NCBI RefSeq assembly: GCF_009834535.1
Contig: NC_045697.1
Span: forward strand, 51,896,001-51,960,000
DNA length: 64,000 bases
Origin: Camelus ferus
Lineage: Eukaryota
Direction of reading: 5' to 3'
This document shows positions 1 through 13,386 of this stretch, one piece after another (position 1 is the first letter of the stretch; every line of letters begins with the position of its first letter). The notes below the pieces were generated by a model. It was not told where the DNA came from. It did not search any database and saw nothing but the letters and a program-made list of their open reading frames with translations. A program made the position numbers and the translations under genes.

Positions 1-53
1 TGTTGCTTTTGTTCTCTCCTTTGCTTCCTCCAATATTTACTACACATGCAAAG

Positions 54-134
54 GGTACCTTAAGATGTTTGATATACCCCCTGGTGCTAGACATGTGTTA
101 ATCCAAGAAGACGAGGCTACCCCTCATATTCTTG
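54..134 (+). CDS. ADAMTS3: ADAMTS3 coding exon (spacer domain), (G)YLKMFDIPPGARHVLIQEDEATPHIL(A)
   Basis: AAG acceptor at 51-53, GTAAGT donor at 135; 81 nt, phase 1-1; translation matches the ADAMTS2/3/14-type spacer and joins in frame to the next exon. Confidence 0.93.
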
Positions 135-205
135 GTAAGTGATTCTGCCCACTGGCTCTGCTGTAACATGCACTTAAAATGAGAAATGTCAAAGAAATAA
201 TATAG

Positions 206-311
206 ATAGATAGATACCAAGATATATACATATATATCTATATATATCTATATATACATACATACATATATAGATATAGATATATATGTATATATCTTGG
301 TATCTATCTAT
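206..311. repeat. Inverted repeat (38-bp arms) in a TA/GATA-rich tract
   Basis: 206-243 is the exact reverse complement of 274-311. Confidence 0.9.
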
Positions 312-1988
312 ACATAGGTGTGCAGGATTCAAAATTATTTACAAATGCATTATTCTGTAGTTTTTGTTGGTCGTTTCTCCCAACTGTTCCTTCTTTAAAA
401 CAAGAAATATTCAAAACTGGCGTTTTAATTTTTGGTGAGACCTGAGTTGGTTCATTATTGCATGAGGGAAAATATCATTTGGCAAGTTTGAATTTGCTCT
501 GTATTAGGGGATGAGAAGAATAAAGATTTTAATAAAATGCACTAAATTAAGGAATAATATCAGAATCATTTGCCATATTTATGTTGGCACATTCGTTCTG
601 ATATTTTGGTTGCTGTCATGCTGTGTGCCCCTTTCTACCTTTTTTAGTGCATTTTAAGTTCTTTGACTGAGCAGCAAGCACATCTGGATTTGACTAGTCT
701 CATGAAATTTTTCCTGATGTCTGTATGTGTCCAGTTTCTGACTGGCACATGCAGATCCATTTTCTGCATGTTTTCTGTTTATTATCTGCAAATTGTTCCT
801 GTTTATAATTTCCAAAAAAAAGATTCTTTTCCTCTTTTATAAGAGGATCATGTAGAAATGTCACTGTAAAGGGGTTTATATTCAAAGTGAATGTACAAAT
901 GTAAATGCAGCTTTCACATATTTCTTGAGCTATTAAAGCACTAAGAAGATTTCTGAAACTAACTCATCTGTCAAACCTATGAAAATTTATCGTAAATTAT
1001 CTTTTTTGACATATGTAACTTTAAAAAATTGATTGTTTCATGGTGTTTCATAGACTTTTTCTTTTTAGAATTTAAAGTATATTCACTACCAGATTCCATA
1101 ATAGCCTCGCTGTATAGCTGTAGTTCTTTCTCCAGTAATTGAAATGCCCTATTTTTTATTCTAGAATTTTTCTTTGGAAAAATTAGACTAGTTTAAAATC
1201 TCAAGAGAAACAAATGCATTTACCTAAAATTACTCATATTTTCTACACGTTGTCAGTAATGGTAATAACTTTTAAAATTTTATTTTCTAATTTATCAGTA
1301 AATGCTGATGCACCTCCAAAATTTAAAAGCCTGTTGGTTATTTTTTTATCCATTAGAGAAAACATTTTATTTTATAATACATAGTACATATATAATATAT
1401 TGCAAGTTCTATCACCAGTAAAGAGCATTTCCTAGCTATATAAGTAGGAATTCTACTGTGGCCTTAGAATTTCACAATCATAAGGAATAGTGTTTGTTGG
1501 CCTAAACAGTAGTTCAACTATTTTGAGTACCTATAATATTTTGACTTAACTTGAAAGAGATACACAGTAAAAAAAAAAAAAAAAAGACATTATGGTATAC
1601 ACTGTCCTAGTATAAATCATGTGTATTAATTGTTGTTGAAGTAACCATTATTTTAAAAATACTTCCAGCTTTCTGAGGAAATAGGATGAATAAATTAGAA
1701 ACTGTTAACCCCTTTGGCAGTGTTTTCAAATGGGAATATTTGTTAATTTTTATCTCCTCTTCAACCATCTTGCCACTGTTTTTAACTAGTTAGCAATACT
1801 TCCTGAGAATTTTGAATGCCTAATGAAGGGAACGGGAAGGACATGGGAAAATGACTCTCATTTGGATTGCTTTGATGCTAATAAATATGGTCTTTCATTT
1901 ATAGAAGGGTTTAGACTTACTATGGATCTTCAAAGCTGTAATATAAGAAAATAAAATGGATGCCGGTTACTCATTTTTCTTCCTTTAG

Positions 1989-2152
1989 CAATTAAGAATC
2001 AGGCCACAGGCCACTATATTTTAAATGGCAAAGGGGAGGAAGTCAGGTCGAAGACTTTCATAGATCTTGGCGTGGAATGGGATTATAACATTGAAGATGA
2101 CATTGAAACGCTTCACACCGATGGACCCTTACATGACCCGGTTATTGTTTTG
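1989..2152 (+). CDS. ADAMTS3: ADAMTS3 coding exon (spacer domain), IKNQATGHYILNGKGEE...HTDGPLHDPVIVL
   Basis: tttttcttcctttAG acceptor, GTATGT donor; 164 nt, phase 1-0, open frame. Confidence 0.96.
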
Positions 2153-2259
2153 GTATGTGGCATTACAGGCTCGCTGTGTAGTTGGTTTAGCTAGTATTTT
2201 TTATAATTAATTTCTCTCAAAACATTTTTACCTTGAACACTGAATATTTAGATGCTTGT

Positions 2260-4100
2260 TTTTTATAATTCCATTCATCCTTTCCTTTTCATTCTCTAGG
2301 CAACTTTGTCATATATTTTATTACACATACATTATAAACCAAATAATTTAGTATTATGATTTTTGATTTTAGTAATCAGTTATCTTTAAAGAAAAGAAAA
2401 AATAGGTTTTTATATTTACTCACATGTTTACCATCTCTGATGCTCTTCATTTTTCCCTGTAAATCTGATTTTCTCTTTAGTATCATTACCTTCAATATAA
2501 AGAACTTCCTTTAGCGTTTCCTGTGGTTTGGGTGTGTGTGCCAGCAAATTATTCTCTCAGCTGTCAATTCTCTGAAAATATCTTTATTTCATCCTCATTC
2601 TTAAAAGATATCTTCCCTAGATATAAAATTTGGGGTGGCTAGTTTGGCTTATTTTTCTTTCAGCACTTTAAGGATTTTTTTCTGTTGTTGTAGGGAGTTC
2701 TGGGAATTTGGGAGCTGAGCTAGGAAATAGATATGACCATGAGATGGCAGTTGCACCCACACATATTATCCGGGTGACCTTAGCAGGTTGCCTGCAGGGC
2801 CACCATCAGGAAGGAGACAAGGGCAAGGGAACTCCTGGTTGGTAAGAGAGGGACTAGAGAAGGGGTTTTTGTATCTGGACGATGTCACTCAGCAGCACAG
2901 CAAGGAGACCCTGGGTCTGAGAGTTCCAAAAGGCAGCAGCAGCCACTTGGGGTCCTGAGAGCCACAAAGTCTTCTTTATAATTAGCAGATTTGGGGTGCA
3001 GTTTCTTAAGGATGTGCAAAGCAAGCAGACCCTAGATGGCTAGAAATCTACTTGTTTGGGTTACATTGAAAACAATTGGATGTGTGAAAATTTGAGTTTG
3101 GTGTCTGAGAGCTTTTGAGCTAATGGGTCTCAGCCTGCTGTGAATAAATAAATAGGGGCCAATGTACAGGAGCCATTTTTGACTCATTTATATAACATTT
3201 GTCTTCTAGAATCCATTATTCATGGTAAGAAGCCTGCCTCCTTTAGATTGCTGCTGGGCACATAATGTGTCAGTTTTCTCTGCCGCTTTTTTACAATTTT
3301 CTCCTTATCTTTTGGTTTTGTTTTGGTTTGTTTGTTTCATAGTCTGTGACATGCTTGGTTTGCATTGGTCTTTGTATGTATCCTGCTTGGGGTTCACCAA
3401 GCATCTTGGCTCTGTAGTTTGATATTTTTCACCAAATTGAGGTAAATTTTCCATTATGTCTTCAGATTTGTTTTATTTTTTCCCCCATCTCTCCTCTCTT
3501 CCTAGGACTCGTTTACATGTATGTTAAACCCGTGGACTTTGTTGCCCAAACCTCAGACTTTGTTCATCCTTTTATCATCTTTTTCTTTTCTCTGTTCTTC
3601 AGACTGGATGATTTCTGTTACGCTGTGTTCAAGTTCGCTGACTGTCATCTATAAGTCTCCAGTCTGTCACTGAGCCCATCAAGTCATGTTTTCATATTGG
3701 ATGGTGCACTTTTGTCTTCTAGAATTTCCACTTGGTTCTTTTTTGTAATTCCAATTCACTGCTGATATATCCATGTATTTTCGCTCATTATGTCCAACTT
3801 TTCCTCTGAGCCCTGGGTCTTCATGTTGTCTGCGTCTATGGGCTGCTTTTTTTTTCCTCTTGATTATGGTTCACATTTTCCTTCCTCTTACACTGTTGTT
3901 ATTGCACACTGAACATTATGGATGATAAGTTATAGGGTATTTGGTTTATGCCTTCCTTAAAAGCATTAGGTTTTATTCTGGCTGGCAGTTAAGTTATTGT
4001 CAGCTCCTCATGACCCTTTGAGGCATAGTTTATTCTTTCTTAGGACTGGTTTCTTTCGGTTTTGTCCTTTTTCTTAATGCATGGCCTTTCTGGTGCCTCA
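2260..4100 (-). mobile_element. Old L1 (L1M-type) fragments, interrupted by an LTR
   Basis: T-rich decayed L1-like sequence (e.g. tctttatttcatcctcattcttaaaagata, ttctagaatttccacttggttctttt). Confidence 0.6.
2689..3197. mobile_element. Solo LTR, ERVL-like
   Basis: TG...CA termini, ~510 bp, flanked by GTTGT/TTTGT (5-bp TSD, one mismatch); splits the host L1. Confidence 0.6.
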
Positions 4101-4729
4101 AGTGAATCCCTGACGTGTGAGGGAGGCCGTAAGAAGGCCTAGTCCCTCGGCCCTGCCTGTCCTCATATATCTCCGTCCTGCTCCCAGCCCTGCAGTGGCC
4201 ACTCATTGGTAGATGGCTGGGTGTCTTGGCCTGGGCTTGCACAGACCAGCCCTCAGTCTAAGACCCATGCAGCTTTCTGGGCCACCCTCTGTGAAGCCCC
4301 CTTCTGTTTTCAGTGCCCTGCCCTGAAAGTTCCAAATCCTGCCCTCCTCCGCCTCAGCTCAGTGGGGCTGATGTCTTGGTTTGGGCTCCTGCTCCCTGAG
4401 CCAGGGTCCAGGACCTCACCCTGTCAGGAAGCCAAGACCTGGCATGTTTGTCTTCTCAAAGGGACCATTGTCCTTTGCCATGTTATCCATTGTAAGAAAA
4501 AGAAAATTCCTTCAAACATTCTATCCAGTTTTATTATTTTTAATATCAGGAAGGCACTTCTATTACTTCCTCATGGATGAAAGCAGAAGGTATCAACTTG
4601 ATTTGAAAAATATTGTTAGATTTAGTATATCAATATTCATTGGATTATCTATACAAATATTATATTAATACAAAATCAAATCATCCCACTCAATTCCAAG
4701 TCTTTTTTTTTCCCTTTGAAAATTGCTTG

Positions 4730-5840
4730 TCTCTGGTAAAGTGTCTGTTCAAATCTTTTGCCTATTGTTAAAGTTGGTTGCTTTTTCTTTTGAGTTTTCA
4801 GAGTTCTTTATATACACTCGGTATAAGTCCTCTGTGAAATGTGATCTTCAAGTATTTTCTTCTAGGCTGTAGTTTCTTTTCCTTCTCCTAGTGGTGTCTT
4901 TCACAGAAAAAATATTTTAACTTTATTGAGGTCTCACTTATCAATTTTTTCCTTTTATGGATCAAGATTTTGGTATTATATAAGCCTTTTTTTTTGCCTA
5001 ATCCAGGGTCAAAATATTTTCTTCTTCTTTTATTTTTTTGGTAAGTTTCATAGTTTTACAGTTTATTTTCACCATTTTAAGTTTAAGAGCCACTTTAAGT
5101 TAATTTTTATATACATTTGTATGCATTAAGTTCTTAGTTTTGCACGTGGATGTTTATATGATATATTGCTGCATAACAGATTACCTCAAACTTGGTGGCT
5201 GAACGCAAGCAACATTATAATCTCATCGGTCCTCTGGGTCAGGTGTCTGGGAGTAGCTGGAATGGCCAGTTCTGGCTCAGGGCATCTCATGGGGTTGCTC
5301 TTTGCTGGGGTGTAGTCCCCTCAGGGCTCCACTGAGGAAAAACTGCTCATTTCCTAGCTCAGTCTCATGGCAGCTGAAAGGCCTTAGAAGATGGCTCCCA
5401 GGTGTCTCCAGGTGGTGGCTGGCAGGCCTCTGTTCCCCACTACGGTGGCCTCACCATGGGCTGATTCAGTGTCCTTATTGGCACATGAAAGCTGGCTTCC
5501 CAGAGTGAGTGATTCAAGGGACTGAGAAAGTGAGTGAGTACAACAGAAGGCAGTCCTTTTTAACTTCATCTTAGAGTGACATCCCTCCACGCCTGCTGCT
5601 GTTTGCTGGAAGCAAGCCACTGAGTCCAGCACACACTGCAGGGGAGAAGAATCACTCTCCACTTAGCGAACAGGGAAGTGTCAAAGGATTTGTAGACACA
5701 TTTTTAAAGCCACCACAATGTCCAGTACCACTTCTTGAAAAAACTATCCTTTCTCCCTTAAATTGCCTCTTCATCTATGTCAAAAATTAATTGTCCAAAT
5801 TTATGTGGGCTTATTTCTGGACTCTCATTCTGTTCCGTAG
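4730..5840 (-). mobile_element. L1 ORF2 3' region fragment, interrupted by an MLT1 LTR
   Basis: gtgtctgttcaaatcttttgcc ... atttctggactctcattctgttcc, typical antisense L1. Confidence 0.7.
5155..5717 (-). mobile_element. MaLR LTR (MLT1-type)
   Basis: tattgctgcataac...aaacttggtggct start, ttttaaagccaccaca end; ATGTT/ATGTC 5-bp TSD. Confidence 0.75.
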
Positions 5841-7634
5841 GTTAGACAATTTTACAGGAAAACATACATTAATCAGACTTTTTTAAAGGTTACTTTAAGT
5901 TTGAGTGACTGGCGCTCAGGAGCTCTATTTTTCTGGTATGTCATTGCACTACACGCTCTTCGGCGGCACAGGTGTCTGCCCTCAGCCCTGCTGCTTGACT
6001 GCCGGGACAGGATGCCTCAAGGCCGTGCCAGTGATAGTAGTGTGCCCCAGAGCCCCGTGGGCTGGAGATAGAAGGAAATGTGGAGCCAGGACAGGGGTTG
6101 TGGACAAGCAGTGCTCAGTTGCCATGACTTTTCTTTTCCTCTCTGAAAGACTGGAACCCCAGGCTTGGAGGCCTGGAGCATGGCGGTGAGGCCATCTGGG
6201 GCTGAAAGCTTAGACATCTGGCCACATATAAGGGCCACTGTAGGGGTTGGTGCTTGATTTTTAATGCTGTTTTAAAAACAAAGACTCAGGGAAAAAAAGA
6301 GATAGCAGAATGCAAATAACTAGATCCTTCACCTTAGCAGGTTTAGTATCAAACAAAGCTGTTTCTGGAAGTTTAGTTTAAAATACTAATGAATTGCATG
6401 TGTTTCTCCCTTTGTGTAATTGATCTAATCCTATAAAAGCTACATGAAAGTCAGTAAAAACTGGTTTTTAAAAAAGAGTGCTTTGCCCTAAAAAAGTAAA
6501 AATTAAAAAAAGGAAATGAGGGTATATTTGCAAAGTTTATGATAAAAAGAATTAATATCCCTGTTGCATGGATTATTTTAGGAAAAAAAGATATGTATGC
6601 AATAAAAAAAAAGAGAACTGACATGCACATGCATTGCAAAGTGGATAAATTACAAGTGACCAATAAACTTAGGAAAATTAAACTTCATTATTTATCAAAT
6701 AACTAGCAGTTAAAACAACAATCTTTTGCCCATTCAGTTAACAAAGATGAAAATGATATAATTTGTAGTGCAGAGTGGGAGCATTTTCATATACTTACTA
6801 TGAAAGTAATAATTGTTTTACCTGTTCTGAAGGGCCATTCACTGGTCTGTTGTAATAACTATAAAGAAGTGGTTTTACTTTTTAGCACACTAAGGAAAAT
6901 TGGAAACTATCACAAAGGTGGGAATAAATTTTAATCAAAATGTAAGTGTTTATTTGTATGATTAAATGATGCACACTGTCTAGGATTAAACACTATGCTG
7001 ACATTTAAAAATATGTTTTCAAAGAATATTCACTCTCTTAGGAAATGACACACAGTGTGTATGACCCATTAAGTGAAATAAGCAAGGCCACAAAAACATG
7101 TATGTACACACACACACACACACACACACAAAGAGATAATAAGCAAATATCTTGAGAATATATCCCAAAACAATGAAAGTGACTTAGTTTTCTCTGGTTG
7201 AGTAGAATTATGGTTGATTTTTATTTTCTTTATATTTTTCCATTTTGTATTTTCTGGATGAAACATTATTATCTTTGTTATCATAACAAAACAGTTTATT
7301 TTAAAGAGTAATTTTTAAATACACTAAGGAGATAAAGAACTTGAGGAAATCTGTGGTGAATCTTACTGTAAGGTTATTATTTTCATAGTACAAAATTTTT
7401 CTTACCCCTCAGTATATGTATTTTTTTTATGTTTTACGGTCAAATATTTTATATATTTGTATTGTTTTCTTAAACAGGGCATACTTGTATTATAGAAAGA
7501 AAAATAGACTATGTTTGAAAACTACTTGAAAGTCTTCCAGTTCTAATAAGATACATATTCTGAAATATTTGTAATTTTTCGTTCAAACATAGCCCTCTCT
7601 CCGGTGACTTACATGTCTGTTCCGTGTGTGTCAG

Positions 7635-7800
7635 ATCATACCTCAGGAGAACGAGACCCGCTCTAGCCTGACGTATAAGTACATCATCCACGAGGACTCC
7701 GCACCTACCATCAACAGCAACAACGTCATCCAGGAGGAGTTAGATACTTTTGAGTGGGCGTTGAAGAGCTGGTCTCAGTGTTCCAAACCCTGTGGTGGAG
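7635..7800 (+). CDS. ADAMTS3: ADAMTS3 coding exon (spacer end, start of TSP1 repeat), [16 protein letters not shown]...[10 protein letters not shown]
   Basis: tcAG acceptor, GTAACA donor; 166 nt, phase 0-1; WSxCSxxCGGG motif; lies in ORF 7626..7811. Confidence 0.96.
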
Positions 7801-8189
7801 GTAACAGTTGAACACATTTGTTGTATTAAAATGTAATTCATATAAAAGCCAGTCTTCTTCCTTCTACCTTAAGGATTGTCTCTAATTGAGGCTACAATCT
7901 GAGAAACACCGAGCATAACAAAAACATAAAGACAAAGCATTTTTACTGAACTCAGCATCTACAGGGGATATGAATCCATTCATAACAAAGGTAGACCTTC
8001 TTAAAACCCCCCTGCCCTTTCCCCTGGGGTTCTTTTGTCTCGTATCCCTGGAGTGGCACCCTTAAGCACTTTACTCTTCTCAAACTCTCCCAGATTCAGT
8101 GTCTTTTGGTTCTGGCCTTTCTTCTCCAATTTCGCTTTCCATGCCTATGCATTTCTTCTCTGATAGTGTTAATAATAAAAAAGCTCTTA

Positions 8190-8400
8190 GTTGCACTATG
8201 TACCAGATACAGCTTTAACTATTTTATATATTAATGCATGAATACTCACAATGGCTCTATGAGGTCAGTACTATTATCTCTACCGTACTGACGGGGAACT
8301 AAAGCACAGGGAAGGTGAATAATTTGTCCCAGCCATAAGATACAACACCAGGCAGGTCATCTGGCTTCTAAGTCCATGCACTGACTGCATTCTGCTGCCT
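8190..8400 (-). mobile_element. MIR SINE
   Basis: core-like tatgaggtcagtactattatctc...gactaaagcacagggaaggtgaataatttg. Confidence 0.65.
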
Positions 8401-9009
8401 CTCTGCTCTCTCCTGGAGTATATCCATTAGTTCTCCTCAGAGTTTCTCAGTTTCTCCCATCATCCATTTCTCTAGTTCAGAACAACAAATGCTCCAGAAT
8501 GGAGCTGGCCCAGAGAGGATTCTCTCACAATAATGATACTGAATAATTGACTACAAAAATTATTCATAGTAAGGAATGTCCAGGTAAATATTTCATGATT
8601 TTAATTTCAAGGATGTATTTCAAAAAAATTTTCTTCCCAGACGGGGCATCAAATATTTTCAGTTAATTGAAAATGACACTTTATTCATCATGAAATGCTT
8701 ATTTAATTTGGATCCTCCTTCTGCTGCATCGTCAATCCACTTGATCACAAGACTTATCAGATACACCTTTTCATACCTACCAGGTCTATTGCTCCCTCAC
8801 CAGGCTTCCTTCACGACTTTGGCAGGGAAGATTACTGCAAAAGTCTCTTAACTAGTCAATTAATTTTGATTTTCTTCTCTTCTCTTATTTCCAGGATAGT
8901 CTTTCTTAAATGGATGGATGAATGAATGAATGAATGAATGAATAGAATTATATTGTTTCCCTGATTCAGATCCTTCAATCTCCTAATGTGTTACCCTAAA
9001 GATGCAACA

Positions 9010-9590
9010 TAATTTATGTCATATTCTTGCCCAAAGTGAAAACCTGAATCTAATCATTAGAAGACAATTAAATAAACCCAAATTGTTGGATAGTTTACAG
9101 AACAACTGGCTTACATATCTCAAAAATATTAAAAGATAGAAAGAAGCTCAGACACTGTTCCTGATTAATTCCATGACAACTAAGTGCAGCTCATGGTCTG
9201 TGATTGGAAAAACATTCCTATAAAGAACATTTTAGGGATAATTGATAAATTTTGAATATGATCTGTGTATTAGATAATGGTATTAAATTTGTGTTAAATA
9301 TTCTGAATTTAAGATTATATCGTGGTTATGTAAGAGAATGTGCTTGTTATGAGCTATATGCTGAGGTATTTTGAAGTGAAGGATCAGAATGCCAGCAACT
9401 TACTCTCAAATAGTTCAGGGACATTTTATATAATGTGTATATATTATGTATATTATATATTATAATTAATATATATCAAATATGGTGACATGGTAACACA
9501 AGGTTAATCTAGATGCAAGGCATACACATTTCATTGTGCTTTCCTTACAATGTTTTGTAGGTTTGAAATTTTTCAAAATTAAAAAGTATA
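9010..9590 (+). mobile_element. Old L1 (L1MC/ME-type) 3' fragment
   Basis: aacctgaatctaatcat, tgtaagagaatgtgcttgtt, tttgaaatttttcaaaattaaaaagt. Confidence 0.65.
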
Positions 9591-9619
9591 TTTTTTTTCT
9601 TTTTTTTTTTAAACATCCA

Positions 9620-10230
9620 AGTCAGTGCTTGGGAAGACCTTTAATAACTCCCTATGACCTTCTGTATGAAATCCAAACAGTTGTCTGGCACTCAAGGCTT
9701 TTAAGATGGGATCCTTTCCCATTTCCTACCCTCTTCAGCCATTCAAAGAGCCCTGCAGTTTCTGTATGTCATTTCCTTTGCTTGGAGTATTATTCTGCTT
9801 CATTCTCTTTGCCCAGTGCTACTTGAACTTCAAGGTTCTGCTCAGGGAAGTGCTGATATCAGCTTGTAAGCATTCTCTGGCCCTTCTCCAGCGAAGTTAG
9901 AGAGCGTCCCCTCTGTGCTCCTTTGGCGCCCTCTACAGTAAACTATTCACATAGCTCTCTCGAAGCCCACGTCTCTGGATGTTGTCACCGCAGTTTTCAT
10001 GTCTGTCTCTCACACTAGACTGTGCTTATCAGGGCCTAGTTCATTCACAAGTACGCAGTTGATTTTTAATACTTCATAATATTTATTAAATGTACATTAA
10101 TAGGTAAGGATTTTTGTTTCTTTATTTTGCTTCTGGAACTTCAGCACCTAGAACAGTGCCTGCCTGATTGTATGATTCAGTAAATATTTGATGAATGAAT
10201 GAATGAGTGAATGATCAAATATGTAACAGA
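9620..10230 (+). mobile_element. L2 LINE 3' fragments
   Basis: cagcacctagaacagtgcctg...cagtaaatatttgatgaatgaatgaatg tail. Confidence 0.6.
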
Positions 10231-10274
10231 ATGAATAAGTGATTAAGTCAAAAGAAATGTATTTCCCTTCCCAG

Positions 10275-10407
10275 GTTTCCAGTACACTAAATACGGATGC
10301 CGGAGGAAAAGTGATAATAAAATGGTTCATCGCAGCTTCTGTGAGGCCAACAAAAAGCCGAAACCTATTAGAAGAATGTGCAATATTCAAGAGTGCACAC
10401 ACCCACT
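10275..10407 (+). CDS. ADAMTS3: ADAMTS3 coding exon (TSP1 repeat), [43 protein letters not shown]
   Basis: tttcccttcccAG acceptor, GTAAGT donor; 133 nt, phase 1-2. Confidence 0.96.
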
Positions 10408-10619
10408 GTAAGTGTTTATTTTAACTATCATATCCTAAGGACAAAATAAAAAGGATTTAAATGACTTTAGCTCTTTTTAGTTTTAATTTGATTTTTAGTC
10501 AAAACTTAAACGTGTACCAGGTTTTACAATGCTCAGATCATTTCATGGGAATTATATAAAGCTGTAGTCCTCTGTTTTTTTAACCATATTTCTGCTTTTC
10601 AAAAACAACTACTTTTAGT

Positions 10620-11655
10620 ATTTTTTATTGAAATATAGTATTTACAATATTGTATTAGTTTCAGGTGTACAGCAAAGTGATTCAGTTACATATATTTTTT
10701 TCAGATTATTTTCTGTTATAGGTTATTACGAGATATTAAATAGTTCCCTGTGCTATACAGTAAATCCTTTTCACTTATCTATTTTGTATGTAGTTTGTAT
10801 CTGTTAATCCCAAACTCCTAATTTATTTCTCGTCCCCTCTATTTTCTTGGTAACCGTAAGTTTGTTTTCTGTCTGTGAGTCTGTTTGTTAATATATAGAT
10901 TCATTTGTATTATTTTTATATTCCACATATAAGTGATATCATATAATATTTGTCTTTCTCTATCTGACTTCCTTCACTTAGTATGATAATCTCTAGGTCC
11001 ATACATGTTGCTGCAAATGGCAATTATTTTTATGACACACATATGTATACACAACATCTTAAGCTATTTGTCTGTTGATGAACATTTAGATTGTTTCCAT
11101 GTCTTCAGTATTGTAAATGGTGCTACTATGAATATTAAGGACATGTATCTTTTCCAATCAGAATTTTCATCTTTACTGAATATATGCCCAAGTGTGGGAT
11201 TGCTAGATCATATGATAACTCTATTTTTAGTTTTTTAAGGAACCTCCATACTGTTTTCCATAGTGGCTGCATTAATTTACATTTCCACAAACAGTGTCAG
11301 AAGGTTCCCTTTTCTCCACACCTTCTCTAGCATTTATTATTTGTAAGGTATTTTGATGATGGCCATTGTGACCAGTGTGAGGTGATACCTCATTGTAGTT
11401 TTCATTTGCATTTCTCTAATAATCAGCAATGTTGAGCATCTTATCATGTGCTTGTTGGTCATCTGTGTGTCTTCTTTGGAGAGATATCTATTTAGGTCTT
11501 CTGCCCATTTTCTGATTGGGTTGTTTGTTTTTTGATATTGAGTTTTATGAGCTGTTTGTGTATTTTGAACATTAACTCCTTGTCAGTTGCCTTGTTGGCA
11601 CATATTTTCTCCCATTCTGTAGGCTGTCTTTTTGCTTTGTTGATGGTTTCCTTGT
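10620..11655 (-). mobile_element. L1 3' end, ~1 kb, relatively young
   Basis: poly-T start; well-preserved antisense ORF2 end and 3'UTR (aacctccatactgttttccatagtggctgc). Confidence 0.9.
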
Positions 11656-13156
11656 TATTCTTCTTCTTTTGATAGTTAGTAACTACAGGCTTCCATCACT
11701 CCAAGTAAACTATTTTTGCTTCTACTTCTTGAATTTTTGTGGGGAGAAGTGGGGTGAGGCTTTAGATTTTATGTATATTGAATTTCCACCATGCAAAGTG
11801 AGGATTTGACATTCTTTATAGCTTTCTCCCAACACTTCCAATATTGATACAACCTCATTTGCTGATATTGCTATTTGGAGTTTGTATTATTTTAACAACA
11901 TGTGTCTCTTTTAACAGTTGATCCCTTAGCATGCTCTAATTCAGTTACTTTTCTTTGAAAATTTGTTTCTTCTAGAGTAACTGAATGTCTTGATTTTTTA
12001 TGTCTTATTGTCTACTACTTTTCACTCATTCATCCCCATGCCCACTTCCATGAGTATCAGTCTCCTCTAAATTCTACGTACTCGAGTATCCTGTGTCTTC
12101 TTAGAGACATCTCACAGCCAGTTCTCTGTGGCTCAGGTCTTGCCTGAACTCCTGCACATCCTCACCCTGGGGTTTCTTTTTACCGTCTTCCCAGGGATTC
12201 CCTGCTGCACATCTCTTGTGTTGGAACTCCTGTTTTCTGCATTCCTTTTGTAGGCTTTTACTGTATTCATTCATTCTGGCAGGTTGCATGTTTCAGTAAC
12301 TTCATGAGAAAAGTATATACAAAGTAAAATTTTTGTATAAGAATTAAATTCCTATACACCTAAGAAAAGTACATAAGAGGTTAAAGTTAAGGGTATATAA
12401 GAAATCTTTCTTCTACTCTCACTTTTGATCATTTGAACACACACATATGGATACAACTCCAAACTATAATATATTTTCCCTCAGAATTTTTAGACTGTTG
12501 CTCTGTTATTTTCTAGACTCTGGTGTTGCTGTTGAAAAATCGTTTGTCATTCTAATTTTCAATTTTCTATGTGACCTAACTTTTTTTGTCTTTCAAAGTT
12601 TGTGAGATCATTTTGTTCCTAGTATCCTGAAATTTCATAGTGATAAAATTGCCTTTGTACTTATTTTTTCTCGTCTATTGTGCTGTATACTTGTAGATTT
12701 TTTAAAACACAAAATCGATAGCTTTCACCTCTGGGAGATTTTCTTGTGCCTTTTCTTTGACAAAGTTCCCCTGTGGTTTTCTTTCTTTTCAGTATTCTTT
12801 CTTTCCGGGAAATTTGAAGCTAGGCTTCCTAGACAGATCAGTTTTCTTTTCTCTCCTAGGAATTATTGTTCCTCTTGCTGAATTTTTCCATTTTTGCTCT
12901 TATGTCATTAATATCCAAGAGAGCTTTAACACCCAAGTGCTGTTTTGTTCATCAAATGTTCCTTTTTCATGACATTTGATTCTTATTTCACAGATATGAT
13001 ATAGTCTTATATCTTTCTAGGCTCTTAGAGATTATTTCCTTTTTTTGTGTATTATTTCTTCTGTTTCTTTTTTCCCCTCTTTCATCATTTGTATTAGAGA
13101 CTTCTGTGCCTGGTGATCACTGATTGTCCACATGCATGTAAGAATGCAGCATTAAA

Positions 13157-13386
13157 CTGCTGTATGATACCTAGGAAAGTTAAGAGAATAGACCCAGAGA
13201 GTTCTCATCACAAGGAGAATTCTTCTTTTCTTTTCTTTTTATTGTGTCTATATGAGATGATGGATGTTAACTAAACTGTCATGGTAATCATTTCACAATA
13301 TATGTAAATCAAGCCATCATGCTGTGCACTTTCAATGTATACAGTGATGCATATCAGTTATTTCTCAATAAGACTGGGAGTGGGGG
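13157..13386 (+). mobile_element. 5'-truncated L1 3' end with a 17-bp TSD
   Basis: AAGAATGCAGCATTAAA at 13140-13156 and 13387-13403; body has gagttctcatcacaagga ... tatttctcaataa. Confidence 0.85.

Noticed and set aside
7051..7098. RAG recombination-signal-like CACAGTG ... ACAAAAACA
   Set aside because: Spacer is 32 bp, not 12 or 23
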